Below are positions 62,940 through 64,000 of a DNA stretch of 64,000 bases, piece by piece. Numbering within the stretch: position 1 is the stretch's first letter; each line of letters begins with the position of its first letter. The notes under the pieces were generated by a model. The model had not been told where the DNA came from. It worked only from the letters and a program-made list of their open reading frames with translations, and ran no database searches. Source of the stretch: Acidobacteriota bacterium. GTDB lineage: Bacteria > Acidobacteriota > UBA6911 > RPQK01 > JAJDTT01. The translations under genes were made by a program, and so were the position numbers. The stretch covers positions 637,995 to 701,994 of the forward strand of contig OZ220706.1 of NCBI GenBank assembly GCA_965116695.1. Direction: 5' to 3'.

Positions 62940-64000
62940 ATGTCCACCATAGACTGGGTCATCGTCCTGGGCCTGAACCTGCTGGTCTTCGGCTACGGAC
63001 TGGTGCGTTCCCGCGAAACCAAGACGAACCTGGACTGGTTCCTGGGCGGCCGCAGCCTGCCGTTCTGGATCGTGGCCATCTCCCTGTTCGCCACCTCCGT
63101 CGACAGCGGCGACATCGTGGGCGTCAACGGGATGACCTATCTCGAGGGCATGTCCGTCCTGACGACCTGGTGGCTGGGCGTGGTGACGGGATACATCATC
63201 GCCGCCTTCTTCGTGTTGCCTCCCATGTACCGGGCCGGGTTGTTCACCAATGCCGAATATCTCGAGTATCGCTTCGGCCCCGCGGCCCGGGTAATCAGCG
63301 CCCTGGTGCAGTTCCAGTACCGGACCAACATCCTGGCGGGAATCGCCATCTCCCTGCAGTTGACGCTCACCCTGGTCATGGGACTCGACGAACTCTCGGC
63401 CTGGACCGCCGTGGCGGCATTCGCAGGGATGGCCACCCTGTACTCGGCCCGGGGAGGACTCAAGACCATCGCCTGGGTCGACGCCCTCCTCACGGTCGCC
63501 ATGATCACGGGAATCCTGGTCTTGTGGACCGTGCTCTGGAACGTGGCCGGGGGTTGGTCGGGCGCCATGGAGAAACTGGCTCTCAAGGGAGGAGCCGAGC
63601 TGCCCCGTTATCTGCTCCACATCGGGATCTCCCGGCCGGGCAGTCCGGACCCGCTGGTGGTGACGGCGGCCTGGCTCATCATCGGAGCCGCCTACCCCAT
63701 CGTGAATCACAGCGAGACCATGAAGCTGTTCGGCGCCCGCTCTCTTTGGGACGTGAAGATGTCGGTCCTGGTGGCCGCGGGAATGACCATGATCCTGATG
63801 TACTTCAACGGGACCCTGGGAATCCTGGGCCGGGCCGTCTGGCCCGAGACCCTTCAGCGGCCGGACCAGATCTATCCCCTTCTGGTGAACGAGTTCCTGG
63901 GACCGGGGCTGAAGGGGATCGTCGTGGCCGGAGTCATCGCAGCGGCGATCACCACGTATGAGGGGATCGGCTCGGCCCTGGCGGCCCTCTGCACCCGGGA
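62940..64000 (+). CDS. Sodium:solute symporter family transporter, 3'-truncated by the window edge (not in the supplied ORF track)
   Basis: My own translation from the ATG at 62940: MSTIDWVIVLGLNLLVFGYGLVRSRETKTNLDWFLGGRSLPFWIVAISLFATSVDSGDIVG... It stays open to position 64000, has multiple TM segments, and carries the SSS-like GGRSLP / TNAEYLEYRFG motifs. Confidence 0.8.
   Translation, partial: MSTIDWVIVLGLNLLVFGYGLVRSRETKTNLDWFLGGRSLPFWIVAISLFATSVDSGDIVGVNGMTYLEGMSVLTTWWLGVVTGYIIAAFFVLPPMYRAGLFTNAEYLEYRFGPAARVISALVQFQYRTNILAGIAISLQLTLTLVMGLDELSAWTAVAAFAGMATLYSARGGLKTIAWVDALLTVAMITGILVLWTVLWNVAGGWSGAMEKLALKGGAELPRYLLHIGISRPGSPDPLVVTAAWLIIGAAYPIVNHSETMKLFGARSLWDVKMSVLVAAGMTMILMYFNGTLGILGRAVWPETLQRPDQIYPLLVNEFLGPGLKGIVVAGVIAAAITTYEGIGSALAALCTR

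Noticed and set aside
1-64000. Search by eye for tRNA, rRNA, tmRNA, transposase, integrase, phage or defence-island genes
   Set aside because: None was recognised. Every intergenic gap longer than 200 nt was inspected (4509-4793, 10337-10651, 41486-41719, 46282-46591, 54681-54888, 58294-58583). They contain only promoters, hairpins and repeats. Structured ncRNAs cannot be excluded without covariance-model scans.

Overview
High-GC, densely coding bacterial chromosomal segment with about 50 protein genes. I recognised no rRNA, tRNA, CRISPR array, transposase or integrase. The gene content suggests an Acidobacteriota-like organism: a CarboxypepD_reg-type TonB-dependent receptor, a TPR+CRTAC1 pair and many exported hydrolases. 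That is inference only.

Layout, left to right:
- 1-4.5 kb: envelope glycoconjugate genes (2 GT-B glycosyltransferases, an MFS transporter, a lipoprotein-type methyltransferase).
- 4.8-6.7 kb: an SDR and an esterase.
- 6.7-7.4 kb: a vapBC toxin-antitoxin module with an operator-like palindrome.
- 7.5-10.3 kb: the TPR+CRTAC1 pair.
- 10.6-14.5 kb: hydantoinase/oxoprolinase A and B.
- 14.5-35.3 kb: a 20.8-kb co-directional minus-strand array. In transcription order it is serine hydrolase, TonB receptor, FGE-like protein, three tandem CocE/NonD hydrolases, FAD oxidoreductase, small membrane protein, SSS transporter, BNR protein, GGT, aminotransferase and beta-helix protein.
- 35.5-41.5 kb: alpha-carbonic anhydrase, a frameshifted FAD oxidoreductase, a hexapeptide acyltransferase and two tandemly duplicated PQQ-like beta-propellers.
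- 41.7-45.9 kb: a gcvPA-gcvPB-AcoX-like kinase operon.
- 45.9-46.3 kb: a small TM/coiled-coil repeat protein.
- 46.6-54.7 kb: an operon of GH-like lipoprotein, SDR, E1alpha, E1beta, E2, MetE-like protein, thioesterase and enoyl-CoA hydratase.
- 54.9-57.7 kb: convergent acyl-CoA dehydrogenase and acyl-CoA synthetase.
- 57.8-58.3 kb: ferritin, followed by an AT-rich Fur-box-like divergent control region.
- 58.6-62.9 kb: an AttEFGH-like ABC/FtsX/lipocalin cluster.
- From 62940: a 3'-truncated SSS transporter that is missing from the supplied ORF track.

I found no canonical defence or mobile system. The best candidates for something undescribed are the TonB-receptor-led peptide/glycopeptide utilisation array with its C-terminally extended CocE/NonD paralogues, the gcvPAB-AcoX-like operon that lacks gcvT/gcvH, and a hairpin-plus-GCTCC intergenic repeat family seen at two loci. 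All functional calls come from motif recognition by eye in the translations. No searches were run.
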